DNA of 64,000 nucleotides from Camelus dromedarius (taxonomy: Eukaryota): assembly GCF_036321535.1 (NCBI RefSeq), contig NC_087437.1, positions 74,030,001 to 74,094,000 of the forward strand, in the 5' to 3' direction. The position numbers were made by a program, and so were the translations under genes. Below, piece after piece: positions 13,901 through 28,350 of the stretch; position 1 is the stretch's first letter; the number at the start of each line of letters is the position of its first letter. A model generated the notes under the pieces. That model was not told the DNA's origin. It did no database searches and saw nothing but the letters and a program-made list of their open reading frames with translations.

Positions 13901-14547
13901 GCATTGGCCCAGGTTGGACTAAGACGGCTGCAACTTTTGATGTGTGGTCTTTCTATAGTTGCATTTTTACTCAAATGTGTGATGAGATACAAAGTAGAGA
14001 TGAACACACTAGTGGTTTTCCAAGTAGGAAAATTCTCTGAGGTTATAGTTTTATGAGGTTGTTGGGTTTATCTGATCTATAAACATGTGTCCTTTTTTTT
14101 TTAATGAATCATTGAGAGAAAAAAAATGATGGAGTAATTACGTACTTTTATAGGGATGTTACTAAAATTAAAGGAGGACATTTTGCTGCCTCATCTTCTA
14201 TTTACTTGAATTTTCCATTCATAGAACATGAAAGCAGTATGGATAATACAAAGCATTAGATGATTCACAGGACTTTCCTAGAATTTCCCTTGGCCCATAG
14301 CAGCAGAAAAAAATACACAAGAAAAGGGAAGAAAAAAAATTACGTTGATAAAAAAGACTTTTCTATGTGTGTGTTTATTATCTCAGTAAAAAAGCTAAAA
14401 ACAAACAAAGCAAAGAAATACAAAACATTCAGGGAACCGGGAGGCCATTTCTGGAAGACTGAGGTGCTCCACACTCACAGTCTGCACCCACGCTTCTGCT
14501 TACACTGCCCGCCCCCCACCCCCTGCCTGGACTGAATGTACTTGCTG

Positions 14548-14995
14548 CAGTTTGGATTCTCTGAGAAGCAATTCTGAGATGCAGTTAGCATGGAAAAGCC
14601 TTATTAGGAGGTGTTCCTGATCTTAAAATTTGTGGAAGGGAGGACTGGGCAGAGGCAGAAATTAGCGTGTGATTCAGGCCCAATAAAGTTGTCAGCCAAC
14701 CCCACGGGGAGTTGTTTACTTGGAATGGATCTTCAGAGTTGTCCCAAGTCAACGGTGAAGAAACCTAGGATTTTAAACACACACATTGAAAAATCATCAG
14801 CTATAGATGACCTCTGGCAGGAGACACTATCTCAGGCAAGGGAGTTTGTTTTTATTTTTTGTTTATGTTTTTAATTGAAAGCCACTGCAAACAAGACTGT
14901 CAGCCGAGGGCCATCTTAGAACTCCCAGCAAAGGAGGGACCAAGTCTTACCACACTCCAGGGGGTACAAGGAGAAGGAGTGATTCACAGCATTCA
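14548..14995. mobile_element. ERVL-class LTR (LTR16-like)
   Basis: gaagcaattctgagatg...ggactgggcagaggcagaa...tcagccaaccccacggggag...cttcagagttgtccca resembles recalled LTR16 consensus. Confidence 0.65.
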
Positions 14996-15039
14996 CCAGG
15001 TACTACTCCTGTTTCCTACAACATGAGTTACTACAGATT

Positions 15040-15318
15040 TTATGAGACTCGTGTAAGATACTATCATATCTATGAAGACTTTCCGGATTTCTCACATAGG
15101 ATTGACCATCCCTTTTTAAATGCAACTACTGAATCTTGTATAGACATATATGCACCTTCAAAAATTTTGTTACCTTATTTCTTTGCATATTAGTGTTTCC
15201 TACCGTACTCAAAGCTTTTTGAGGACAGGGGCCATGGCTTTTTCATCTTTGTGTTTTTAATCACATAGCACAGAACCAAGCATATAGAATGTGCACAATA
15301 AAAAGAAGCGTGAGTGGA
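15040..15318 (+). mobile_element. L2 3' end
   Basis: aagctttttgaggacagggg...ttcatctttgtg...agcacagaaccaagcatatagaatgtgcacaataaa. Confidence 0.7.
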
Positions 15319-15819
15319 CATATGGCAAAAGAGAATTCTGAATCTGCTAAACCCTACAGAAAAGCAATTAAGTTATAGCAGTAAGAGGACATCACAGAAA
15401 TAATAAAGGGGGAAATTTTGCCCATTGCAGATGGTGTGCATGGGCCATGCAAGGGACTTCCCAGAGGCTGAAAGCATCATATAAAGTAAGACAACACATT
15501 TAATTAAATTGAGCAGAGAGTTGATGAATGCCTCCTGTGTGGTAAACAATGTGAAAGAATAAATATTTTTTTAAAGTAGCTTAACAGTGTCTATCTTCCA
15601 ATTACTGAAATCAAGCAATAGATACATTAAAATAAAAGAAGATAGTTTTATAAAACTCTTGTAAAAAAGTACATTTTCTAGTGGGGGGGGATTTCAAGGA
15701 ATAAGATATTACAGTCAGTTAAAAGGATTAGAAGAAAGTTCATGAAAGTAGTGGCATTTTAGTTGGCCTTGACTTTTTTATAAGTGACGTGATCAACTTT
15801 AGAGTGTGTGCTAGTTTAC

Positions 15820-16240
15820 AGTTTGTGCCACTCTAAGGAGCCACATCAACAGGAAATTCAATATGGGAGATATTTATTGGGTAAAGTGCCTGTGGAGGAT
15901 GGAGGCAAAGGTAGCAAGAATAGGTAGAAAGAACCTTCAGAAAGTGATTCAGAGAAGATACCTATGAAAGGAGAGCCGGTAAGTCAGAGGATTGAGTAGA
16001 AAGAGCCCCAGATCGCAGCAAAGCCCTGAGACAAGTCTCAGTCAGATTGAAAGGGGAGGTTCAGAGAAAAGACTGTTCATTGCAGGACAGCTGCAATCAG
16101 TCATTGGCTGGGACCTGCCCAGGAAGAGCATGAGCTGGTGTGAGCATTGTCCTCGTTTCCAAAGGGGTGACAGCCAAAGAGAACCTCAAGCTCTCCCTTC
16201 AAAGGAGGTCTGAGAAGTGTACGCTCATGGATGTCACAGG
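15820..16240. mobile_element. ERVL-class LTR (LTR16-like)
   Basis: tttattggg...gcctgtggaggat...gaaaggagag...gaggattgagtagaaagagcc...tcagtcattggctggga. Confidence 0.6.
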
Positions 16241-19200
16241 TGGAGAGAGAAAATATTCAGGAGAAGGAACAACATGGCTCAAGACATGGGGACATACAGC
16301 TGAAATCTTTGGTTGCCAATGTCATGACCTGTGAGCCGTTGTGCTAAGCAGTAGTAGCAAGCAACTTTCTAAGTCTCGTGGCTTTCTTATTTCCTTGCTT
16401 TTTTGTCATTTGTTTACACTTTTTGCTTTCTCTCTTGCACTACAGATAAGGGCCATGTACCCAACATCCATCAGATTTCCAACCATGGTGGAAGAAAAGA
16501 TAATAGAAGGTGAAGGGCACTGTTTTTTCCCCTCACAAATGACACTTAATCATAGAAACTTACCACTTTCTTATCCCCATAATTCATCATGCTGTGCCCT
16601 TCTCACCAAGAATGTGAGTCTTTTTCAGCTCATTTCATTGCAGGTTCTTTTCCAATATGAAACATTTTCAGTGCTGGTTGAGAATAATTCCAAAATAGTT
16701 CACATATGGATATGTGGGTAAAATATTCATTGCTGTATTTATGCTCCAGTATTTATCAACATTCCATACAAAACCAGGTTTTGACAGGTGGTTTATTTGT
16801 TCAATCGAAAATAGCTGTTTACTCTGAAAGACTGCAGGAAGCACATGGAGAGATGTTCTAAATACTCTTTGTAAAGAATTTCTAGGCAAGAATTTATTTT
16901 TAAGTTTAAAGTATCCCTGGCTATGACTTGGCTGTGGCAGTCTCACCGAGAACACACACTGGGTCTCAATTTTGTTATTCTTTCGGCTTCCTCTGAAAAT
17001 GTGCTCTGCACTCTTAAAGCTGTGAAAACTCCCTTAAAAAGTGCTGTGGTTACCAGTTGTATTGGTGGAACTAGAGACTGTGTTCCAATAACAACCTCCT
17101 GCACTTCAAAACTAACTTCTGGGCTTGGCCCTCCTGATTTTGTGTCAGCACTAGAACATGCTTTGGAAGGGGAGATACACATTCCCTGAACAGTCTTAAT
17201 GAATCAGAGATAGCTGTGCCCCACATCTCTAAAGCAAACTCAGCAGGAATCCTGAACAAAACAAGTGACTTCTGATGTTGCATCTCACGGCACCAGGTGA
17301 TGGATGGCCCAGAGCCTAGGGAAGGGGAAACGAAGGGACAAGCCCTAAGTTCCCTCAAGGGAAAGATGTGCCCAGGAGCAGAGAGGGCTACACAGCAGTG
17401 TATGATCTGAAACCACCAGGTGCGAGATCTAGGTTCTCACTGAGCATTTTGACATGTCTCCTGAGCTTTCTCGATTGCAAAGTCAGGCAGAAATAAACTT
17501 AGGGTAAGCTGGAGATGATGGAGCAGTAAGGCGTGAATGAAAGGACCAAGGTGCTTATCTGCATAAAAACCTTCCCACACAAGCATCTTAAAAATATAAA
17601 ACAACTTATGGATTAACATGCGTACAGGAGTAGAGGCAGGGAATAAAAGCAGGAGATGGTCCTCTAAACAAATTCTACATATTGTATATTTTTAATTTCT
17701 GTCAAGTTTGTCTCTATGTTTCTTGTTTTGGTTTGAAATTTTTTAGCTAAGCTTTTAAGTAGTTGCTAATTCCAGAATCACTTACTAAAATTATACTTGA
17801 GATTGGAAAAAACTGAAAACGTTCAAATACCAGTTCATACCTTGCAATGGTGGAGACAGAATTCTGCTCTTTCTAGGAACGCTTTTCACTGTCTAAGAGA
17901 AAACAGATTTCCCTCTGCTGGGATTTGAACTAAAGACCTCCAGATCTCCAGGCAGTTGCTCCTTCACAGGACTTCTAAACAATTTACTTGGAATAAATCA
18001 ATCTCTGATTAATCTAATTTATATTAAAACCAGCATAGATGTGTCCTGAATTTTTGGGAGAAGGATTAATCAGTGTACGGTTTCCATTATAAAGGCTGCA
18101 TTTTTTAGGTCTTCAGACGCAGAGCAACACCTTTGCTCACTGAGGGATAAAGTCCTGCTATTTTGTGTGACGTCCACTAGGATTTGGGTCAAAATATACA
18201 GTCTATGTTCCTGACTCTCTAAAGATAAGTTTTGATCTTGTTTCCATGCTTCTTTACTCAGCCTTGTCCTGATCCATAAAAATAACTTTGACAGACAAAG
18301 AACTAAAACTAAATAGATTAAAGTTTGTGAAGGCTTCTTATGAAATAGTACTGTTTCCCCCTTTTTATTTTACCTCTTAGGATTTGTATGTATTATTCTG
18401 TTTTGCCTTTCTATTCTAACATCTGCTTTGTTAGTGGTTTCTGCCTTTATTGACTAGAAAATAAAGGGCTAGACTGCAAAAGGTTCAACTTGGATGCGTT
18501 TTAAATATTCAGTCTTCTCGTATCATTGCTGTTCCATGAACGTGGTTCCTCTCCTTGTTGAAGGACCTGCTACCTACCATCACCACCTTTACCACTGTTA
18601 TTAGCACCTCCCAAATTTCTCTTACCCTTTGTATGCCTCTTCCTTTATATAATTTTTATCTTGTTGACACTTTTGAATTCTTGAGGTTCTTGCACTAAAT
18701 TGACAAACTGATTCACTTTCCAGTGAAACACACACACACATCCCTGTGCTTTGCAGCTCTCCGTTTCTAGCCTCATATGCAACAGCTCTAAATACAGGTC
18801 TAGAATTAAACTAATAATATTAAAATACTCTTCACTAGCAAAAACTTCTCATCTCCAACTCTGATATGCAATGAGTTAGATATCAAGGAATAACATGTCT
18901 TCTGAAGTAGTGGTCCTTTTTAGTGCTGAATTCGAAGGGAAGTGGAGAAAATGACAATGAACTCAGCAGCTCAAGGGTGAAACCAAGTGCCAGGGGGATT
19001 CAGATGGAGGAGAGGTCAATTCCAGCTGGGAAGATGGAGAAAAGCTTCCTGATGGACCTGTATTTGGTCTGGTCATTGATGAATGGGTAAGGCTTAAGTG
19101 GTCAGTTCTAGGTTTCATGAAGCTATTGAATGGTACTCAGAGAGAAATGGGCTCAAGGGTAAACAGGGGGAACAAAGCATGGGGTAAATATTAACCAACA

Positions 19201-20589
19201 GTCCCATTCAGAACACCCAAACTAACAAGTAAATTCTGGTTGTTATAATCTACAAGTAATTTTTCGAGACTGCAGGTGGCTCTTGTCTCAATTTAAGCTT
19301 AAAAAGGAATTAAGTTGCATGCTCTTGGAAACATCGATTGTCTTCTTGCTTTCTTTCGGGGTTTTTTTTTTTTTTCATCTTTTTCCTTTTAAAAGATATA
19401 TTCTGATACCATCAATTATTCTGAAACTTGACAAATACAATTATGTAATGTCATCCACTCATTCATTTTGCATATGTATATTGAGTACCTAATGTGTTTC
19501 TGATACACCTCCACAGAGAAGTAGCTAGAGATATACTTGAAAAAGAAAGTAAGTATAATTTAAACAAATGTACTTCAGTCTGTTCTTTGAAAAATAAAAT
19601 AAAGTAATGCTCCTATACTTCTCATATTACAAAACACATAAATGTGTTGTCTCTGAAAAATTTCTGTTATAAAGTTGAAATTATAGTCTTTGGTACTTGA
19701 TAAATCTGTTTCATGTTTCCCAAATAAACCTGGAAGAATTTAGGCACATTGCTTTATCTTTCTCCTTTCTTTATCAAAGAATATTGTTTGCTTTATTTTT
19801 CTCTCTTGCAGAAAGATGAAATAAAAGGAAAATGAAGGAAATTCAAATGGTCAACAACAAAAAAGGAGATTAAAATGTGAATTATATCTCAAAAAAGTTA
19901 GTATCAAAACCCCAGTTTATAATTTTACAAGGGTATTTTGGAGTACTAAATATAAAAATATCCTTTTTAGAATAAGAAGAAAATTACAATGCTTCCTTGA
20001 TATCTAACTTGTTATATATCACAGTTGCCTTAATTTTCTAAAGAGATCTTGACTTTTGAGAAAAAAACATTTATAAATTTCTTCTCATAAAACTGGAAAG
20101 ATGTTACTTTAGTATATTGGAAAGCAGTGTTTATACTTCTAGCTGGAAGTAACCAAACTTCTACATGTAACACAGTTTGGCAACTGGCTGTGGCATATTG
20201 TAAATAAAATAAAAACACTTAGATTGTTGCTGCTTTCTGAGTGAACAGCTTTCTTGCTCCAGAAAGACTGATCTCAGCAATAGCACTATAACCTTCTGTT
20301 AGTTACAGACTGCTGGATTCCTGTGTCTAGCATTTACTACTTGAGGTAACTAGAGACACAATACCTATTTCTTAGGATGGCTGTGAGGATTTTGATAATG
20401 TATCACCAAGATGGTAGGTAGAACATGCATTCATTCTTTACCTACCCTACTTGCAACTCTAGGACTCTTGCACATTTTGCCCACAAGAAAAAAATATGAT
20501 TGATTCAAAGGGGTGAGTAACTTTTAAAGTCAGGATGAGTTCTCACTGTATTCAACAGAAACAAGGAATCATAAAAGACAAAGACGGGC

Positions 20590-21060
20590 TGTTGGAAATT
20601 TGCCTGAGAAAGGAGACTTAAACAGACACTAAACCAAAGTGCAATACCTGTCACTGGACCAAATCTTGTCCTAGAGGGAAAAATATTCCAATAAATGATA
20701 TCATTGGTTCAAATGACAAAATTGGAAAACAAATTATAGATTATATAGATCATCATTGAGTGTATCAGAGCTGATAACTGTGCTGTGGCTTTTTTTTTTA
20801 AGACTGTATCTATTCCTAAAAAATACACATTGAAATGTGTAGGAGCAAACAAACATGATGTATATAATTCAACCTTAAATGATCCAGGAAAAATATTTGC
20901 ACATGTGTGCATGTGTGTGTAAGAGAAAGACAAAAACAAATAAAGAGGGAAAGAATAAATATAATCTAGGTAGAGAATAAATGATTACTTTTTTACTATC
21001 CTTATTCTTGCAACTTTTCTGTAACTTTGAAGTTATTTACAAATAAAAAATTAAAATAAA
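20590..21060 (+). mobile_element. Old L1 3' UTR (L1MC/L1ME-like)
   Basis: tgataactgtgctgtgg...aaatacacattgaa...attcttgcaacttttctgtaactttgaagttattt plus an A-rich tail. Confidence 0.75.
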
Positions 21061-21069
21061 AAGAGAAAT

Positions 21070-21640
21070 TAATTTCTAAGAGGCATGCACTAAAGCTGTA
21101 CTGAAGGAATTCTTTCAAAAGAAAAAAAAATCTGAAATGAAATCATAGAAGAAACTTTTCCCTTGGTGAAAATACAGAAATACAGAAAAGAGCAAAGAGC
21201 AAGACAAAGTGTAACTGTGTGGGTAAATATAAATGACTGTTAGCTGTAACAAACAAAACATATAATCCGGGTTATTTCAAAGTATATGTAGAATTAAAAC
21301 ACACCAGAATAACAACACAAAAGGAGGAAAGGAGTAAAGGTAAAATTTTTCTGAGTTCCTTTCACTCTGATACATGAAGTGGTAAAGGTAATAATTCATA
21401 TAGAATCTATGATGTCAAGAATGAATATTCTAATCCATGGTTACCAACAATAGATGACTAACAATATATAGCTAAGAGGTTAGAAGGAGAAGTAATTATA
21501 AAGAGGAAACTATTTGCTTAATCTTATATAAGGCCAAAAAAAAAAAAGAGATTAAAGAACAGATTTATCAAATATAAAACAAATAGTAAGGTGACAGATG
21601 TAAACCCCTAACATCAGTAACTACACGAAATAGATTTTTT
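21070..21640 (+). mobile_element. Old L1 fragment (ORF1 end / inter-ORF region)
   Basis: A-rich L1-like sequence ending aaaacaaatagtaaggtgacagatgtaaacccctaacatcagtaactaca. Confidence 0.55.
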
Positions 21641-23245
21641 AAATATTGAAACATCTTTGCATTCCTGCTATGAACCCCACTAGGTCATGGTGTATTATTT
21701 TCTCACTGTAGTATTAGGGTCTTTTCACAAATGTTTTAGTTAAGATTTTCATCAATTACAACTTCTCAATATGTATTTTTCTATAAATGTTTTTATTTTT
21801 CCTTCATCTTTGAAGGATACTTTTCCTGAGTATAGAATTCTAGGCTGCTACATTGATGATGTCCAACCATTGTCTTCAGCTAATTGATGGTGTCCAACCA
21901 TTGTCTTCTCACTTTCATAGTTTTGGTTGAGGAGAAGCTGTAATTTTCACTGGGTCTCCTGCGATGGTAATGCATTTCTCATCTACCAAGCCAACCTGCC
22001 AACAGATTTTACAATTTATTCTCTCTCTCTTTGATTTTTAATCAGATATCCTATTATGCATTTGTGGTTTTCTCTGTATTTATTTTGCCTTGGTTCATGA
22101 AATTTCTTGGATCTGTGGATTGAAGTCTTTCATCTCTGATTTATGCAATTTTTCATCTCTATTTCTGCAGTACTGTTTGACCCAATTTTTATTTTTTTAT
22201 TTTGTGACTATATATTAACTTTCTCATTTTCTGATTTGTCTCCTATAGCCTTTCATATATATTCATGTTTTACTCTTCAGCTTTATTTTGAATATTTGCT
22301 ATAGATATTTTTTTACTTTACTAACAACCTCCTCTGCTATGTCTAATAAGCTGGTAAAGCCATCTGTCAGAATTAAAGCTTTAATTATTGCATTTTCTGT
22401 TAAGATTTTTAAAAAATTCTTTTCCATGAATAAAATTCTCTGGCGACATTTTTATCTTGTTATTTAAAAAAATTACTAATTAAGGTTTTATGCAAATCTA
22501 TAACTCATAATTCCCATATCTGGCTCAGTTCTGGGTATGTTTCTATTGTTGTTTAACCTTTTAGTTTTCAGTCATTTTTTTTCCTGTCTTCTGGATTTCC
22601 TGTTAAATTTTAACTGAATTCTGGGTGTGCTGTATACAAAATTATAGAGATTCTGTTCAAGGTTATATTCTCCCAAAGAGGATGGACTTTTACTTTGGAC
22701 AGATAATTAAAATAGGGGAAATCATAGTAATTTTCATCTGGAATTGAGCTAGTTTGAAACTTGAGGGCTTTTCTATTTCCTGTTCATCTTACTTTTTCTG
22801 CTTTGTATCTCTCAGTAAAAATTTGGTGCATTTTTCACAGTATTTCTCCACTGAGGATCTTAAATTCCATTTTTTAAGATCTCTCCAGCATTATAAGAAC
22901 TGTCAATAGCCCTGCTTGGCTTCTCAGGAACTACACTGCCTCCTTCTTTACTTCTCTCCCATTTACAAATCTCCCATTATTTTTGAAAGAAAAGCATTAG
23001 GTAATATCAGTATTTTTCCTTTCTCTCCTGAACTGTGGCCCCTCCAGTGTGGCTATTTTGGAAGACCTAAATACCGAATTTTGTTTCCTCAGTCAAAAGC
23101 TTGGAAACACTCTATCAAAAACTTGGCTCAGTTTCCCCAGTCTCTTATTTACAGTTTTCTGCTCAGCTTTATTACTTTTTGGCTTTACACTACTTACCAG
23201 AAAATGCTTTGAGGCAAAAAATGGCACCTCAGTGTGTTTCCCTAC
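21641..23245 (-). mobile_element. Old L1 fragments (short ORF2 piece, then ORF1/5' region)
   Basis: ctttgcattcctgctatgaaccccactaggtcatggtgtatt (reverse ORF2); ccttcatctttgaaggatacttttcctgagtatagaattctagg (reverse ORF1). Confidence 0.7.
21852..21908. repeat. Tandem duplication, 31-bp period
   Basis: attgatgatgtccaaccattgtcttc (21852-21877) and attgatggtgtccaaccattgtcttc (21883-21908), one mismatch. Confidence 0.9.
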
Positions 23246-23246
23246 T

Positions 23247-23622
23247 TGTATTAGTTTGCTAGAACTTCTGCAACAAAGTGACACAAATTCAGTGGCTTAA
23301 AAAATAGAAATTCATTGTTTTACAATTTTGGAGATAGGTAGTCCAAGATCAAGGTGCCAGTAGGATTGGTTCCTTCTGAGGGTTGTGAGGAAAGGATTCA
23401 ACCCAGAACTTTCTCTCAATTGCTGATGGTTTGCTGGCAATCTTTGGTGTTTCTTGGTTTGTAAGTGTATCACATCAACCTCTGCCTTCATTTTAGAATG
23501 GCATCCTCTTTGTGTGGCTCTGTCTCCAAATCTCCCCTTTTTGATAAGAACACCAGTCATATTGGGTTGGGACCCACCTACTCCAATATGAGCTCCTAAC
23601 TTAATTACAATTACATCCATAA
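23247..23622 (-). mobile_element. MaLR LTR (MLT1C-like), truncated
   Basis: tgtattagtttgctag...caacaaagtgacacaaattcagtggcttaaa...gtccaagatcaaggtgccag...tggtttgctggcaatctttggtgtttcttgg. Confidence 0.9.
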
Positions 23623-24504
23623 TGTTTATAAATGGAAATTTCAGGTTTAATCTAAAATCAGTAGTTAGTCATAGAAATACCACACTCTAAAGCTTCTCTG
23701 TAAGAGGTTTCCTAATGGAGAATAGACAGAGAATTGACAACATCTGTCCCAATGTCTCATTAGTTCCCATTTTACTTGATAATCCTGTTACTTTTTGACT
23801 TTTATCTACCTAAGTTAGTTTGGGGACCATATAGGAGGGTTTTGCATGATGATCACAGAGAAGGGAAGATGGTCAAAATGGCACCTGAGGGCTATTTATT
23901 CTGTTGTTCTTCAATCTGTGTAGTAGTAGTTAAAAAATCCATTTTCTAGTTGTGAGTGAAGTCTAAAGGCTATAGAGTGAGTGAGAGTTGGAAATCTTTT
24001 CAAAATTCACATAGGAACTTGTATGGCTAAAGATTTTGAAATAGTTTACAATTTTTATCATGATAGTGATAAACAATAAGTAATGTCAGTTGAAGCAGAT
24101 GCAACAAAGACAGCAAAGAATTTCCACCACACAGCAAACAAAGAAACAAAAACATCTTATATTCTAAAACAGCATTACCATGGCTGTCATAGATAAGTGA
24201 CAGAAGCACTGGATGTGGTTGTTTCTGTATTTTTCATAGTTCATCTGGTTGTATCAGTCTAAGGCTTTTGATTTGTTGTATTCAAAGGAAGTCATTGTAA
24301 TGCTGCTGTATTTTAATTCCGTATAGCAAATTTTTGTCTTATGGGAATTGATCCAGATGTTTTTCAGGAAGGTAGTCCAACTCTTATAGTATTAATGCTT
24401 GACATATGATACTTCCTTTTCCATTTTCCTTTTTCAAACATATAAATTTGCTTTTTTAAAACAAAAACTCCATATTCATTTTTTTTCTGCTTTACATTGA
24501 ACAA

Positions 24505-24700
24505 AGCAGTATATCAAAGTGTTTAAGAAGTCAGTTTTTGATCAGATAGGTTGGCTTGCAAACCAAACTGTAACATTTAATGCTGAGTGAGATCATGGAA
24601 TAAAACTCTTCCCACTCTATGCTTCAATATATAAAAAATACATAGCCTACAGACTTGTTATAAATATTAAAATAATATAAGTAGAGTTCTTGGCAGATTG
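24505..24700 (+). mobile_element. MIR, highly diverged
   Basis: gcagtatatcaaagtgtttaagaag...tcagataggttggcttgcaaacc...ctctatgcttcaat. Confidence 0.5.
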
Positions 24701-26419
24701 AACCACATTTCCTACTGCACTGCAGGATGAATCTTCTCTTCTAGTCACACAATATAGCTCGGCCTCCAAATACATATACCCCCCACATATATAAATTTAT
24801 AATATATATGTATATGTGTACTTACACTTATATACATACGTATACATATGTTCATATTCATTGAACTTTCATAAATTTAATTGAATTGGGAAATATCATA
24901 GAAGTCTTACCTTGGCCAAAAAGTTAAAGATTTTAAGACTGTCAAAAATAATTAAGAATAAAAGCAGAATCATTAAAGCTTTAGGGATGGTTAATCTCCA
25001 CAGGAGGGATGTGAGTGAAAGCAGGGTTAGGAATGTCATGCTGAGAGAGTATTTTATAATAAAGTCTTCAGTTCCACTTACTTTATTATGTGACTCATTT
25101 AAAAAACATAGTTTTTAAATGCTTTATTATTGCTAATATTTGGTATACCATCAATAACGTATTATCTAAAGGTCTTTTTTGTTTCATTCAGCATTATTTT
25201 AAAAGAGATTTGCTGAATTCTGAAATATTTTATTTCTATCTTCCTTTATTTCAAAAAATGGATTTGAGGCAGGAATCTTTTAACATGATGAAATAGAAAA
25301 GACTGAGCTTCAATTAATAAAACTTCTGGGAACTGTTTTGAAATGAAAGCCATTCAATACACAGCAGAATGGATTTAAGTGAGGCCAATGAGTGTGAGAA
25401 CCACAAATTATTTCTTTTCTGTCATAATTATTTTATAAAGAAAGATATTACTGAGAACAGTTTTGAATACAGTTATAAACTCATTCACCACTGACATATT
25501 TTAGGTTCTTATGGACGTACAATTTAAAATGCTGGTTCCTAACACCTTCTTCTATATGGTAGTCTCAATTATTTGGAGAGGAAACATAAGGCACAGTGAA
25601 GCAAGTTTATCAGCTAAAATTTTTTCATTGATTGGTGATCAAGACAAATTTAGCTTTCCAGCTCTCACTTCAGAAATTTCTTGACATATGATATTAACAT
25701 TTCTGTTTCAATCTTGCCTAATAATAATAGTAGTAATTATAATGAAACTGTTCTAGGGAAAGACTTAAAGTATTTAATCCAGACAGATGCTCCCTAGATT
25801 CCTTTAACTAAGGACACTTCAAAACACATCTACCTCCCTCTTGTATTTATCCTCAATTTAATCGTCCTGCTGGTCTCTGTGGCATTCACATTTTCCTTCC
25901 TCTATACTGGGCACTATTGCAGTTCTCAAGTGTGGCACAAAATGTACCACTTCAGATTTCTCTTTCATCCTCTCCTAGCACTCATTCTCTTTGGAAATTA
26001 CTTCCCCTAAGCTGAAACTCCTTTTATTACTGAATGCCAGTGATCTTAATAAATAACTGAAGTTTATTACATACTGTTCATTATAGCTTCTTGACTAGAT
26101 CTGGCACACTGCAAGGTAGAGAAATTTGTATGGAATTTGATGCCTATATCATCATCAAAAGCAGGTACTATTCGACAGAACAGCCTCATCACTGGTCCTA
26201 AGATGAGCCTTTTACCTGGAAATTTTGAAAGAAAAGGAGCAGGTTCAGCTCAGGGCCAGTGATGTCAACATGGAGGAAAGAGAAGGAAGAAAGAAATCTA
26301 TTCCACGTTGGAGGATAAAAAGTAAATATGTTATTAGCAAGATTCAAATGGATCTATCAGCTCTGACCCATAAAAACAGCTGATGAAAATAAAGATCTCC
26401 TTTGATGTATCAGTTTCTT

Positions 26420-28350
26420 TTTTTTTCTTTTGATTTCCTTTTATTGAAGACGCACACTTAGCTCTCTTAAACACTTCTTCTCCTCCCGTTTTCTCAATAT
26501 AGTTGTTTAAAGCAATAATCAATGTATACATGATTACAACTTATAACCAAGTAATATCTGTGATTAGATTTCTTCACCTTATGCCTTTATATCTTCCCTC
26601 AATTAATAATTGCTTACATTTTCATTTGCTATATCCAAGTCATTCCATGGTCATATAATTTTCCACATGAACAAACTATGTTGAATATATTCATTCTATT
26701 TGTTTTATAAAGACCTCCCTCCCAAAGAATATTCTCTTCATGAACCAATTTGGATCTTTATTCTCTAAACAGCTGTTGTATTAGGAATATTCTCCAGTTT
26801 TCTTTTGTGTTTAATTCTATTTCTCCCTCTTTCTTGGCCTATATATTTGCTTTGTCAGAGTCTGTTCCCTGGTAGCTTTCTGAGACGGTATATGTGAGAC
26901 TGAAATGTTTTCAGTCTTTTCCTCTCCCAAAATGTTACACTTTCCATGTCAACACATGGGTAGGCAAGTTATCAAATTCTATTTAGAAAACTTTCAAGGT
27001 ATCGTTCCACCATCCTCTAGTATTTTAAAATGCTTTTGACCCTGTTGAGAAATCTGATTCCCACTTCATTTTATGTGCTTCTCTTTCTCCCTTGATGCTT
27101 TTAGGATCTTTGTTTTATCCTGTACATCCTAAAATTTTACCCAGTATGTCACATTCTCATTAAGACATTTCAAATGCAAACATAAATCTTACATTTCTGA
27201 TTTTATTATAATGCCTTTGATCATTATTATCCTGTCTTTTCATCTCTCTTCATGGAATGACTATTTGTCAGATACTGGATCCACTGGACTAATCCACAGT
27301 TCTCTTATCCTTTCTTTGTTCATCTCCTTTACTATGAAATTTCTTTAATCATATCTCACAATTCTTTTACTAAATTTTATTTTTTAGCTATCACATTTTT
27401 AATTTCCAAAAGCTACCATCATTCCCTGATTGTCCATTTAGTCTCACATCCTGTTTTCATTTCAAGGTTGAAATACATTATCTCACTGAGAATATAAGTT
27501 ATATTTCCTATGTAGTTTTTTCCCCCTACATTGTCTGTTTTCTTTAAGTTTCCACTATAAGCTTTTGCTTTTGGTTTTGCTCTCTAACCCACTCTTAGAG
27601 GTTTTCCATACATGTCTGTTTATTCTTGGCTATATATTTATACTGAGTAGTGAGGCACTGAAAAATTGATTTGAAGGTCTTTTCGAATAGGCACAGCTCA
27701 TCAACTGCCAGAGTTCACTGTAGAGTGATCAATCTGGCAGTGAGATATATTTTGTACTTGGGATGTTTCAAATTTTATTTTGTTTTGGGACATTTTAGTT
27801 TCTCCATAAATAAAGATGCTCTTCTCTCCTGCTTGCGTGGTGATAAGCTTGTTTTCTGGCTTTTTGGATAATGTGATAAGAGTCACTCTAATCAATATGC
27901 AGAGTTTCTTCAAAATTCCCTGCTTAAGATCAAGTGTCCCCAACTGCTCATCTCTTTTTTTGCTATCTCCAAGTCTGGAAATATTCTGGTTCTGTTGCTG
28001 TTTTCTGTGAATTATCAGTTCTACAGTCACAGGTTGGAAGTGAAGAACTGGGGGCATATAACTCTTCCTTATAAAGATTTCAACAAGACTACTGAATTTT
28101 AGTCCCCTGCCTTCTCTAATATGGAAGTCTCCAATTATCACTCTTTTCCATGGTGCTCTGGCAAATGACTAATGTCCTTTTGCTATTTCTTTCATTATAC
28201 ATCTAGATTTATTTTTCACTTCTTCTGCTAAATCAGTAACAATTCTTTCTGCTTCTCCTCTTCATAAATTGTTCTTCATGGTTACAGGGCCCTAAAGTGT
28301 TATTAATGGGTTTATTTATAATTTTTCATGTATGTTTCCTGTGTGTGGGG
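26420..28350 (-). mobile_element. Very old L1/HAL1-like ORF1 remnant
   Basis: T-rich reverse L1-ORF1-like motifs: gttccaccatcctctag...ctgttgagaaatctgatt...gcttttaggatctttg...gatactggatccactggactaatcc. Confidence 0.55.
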
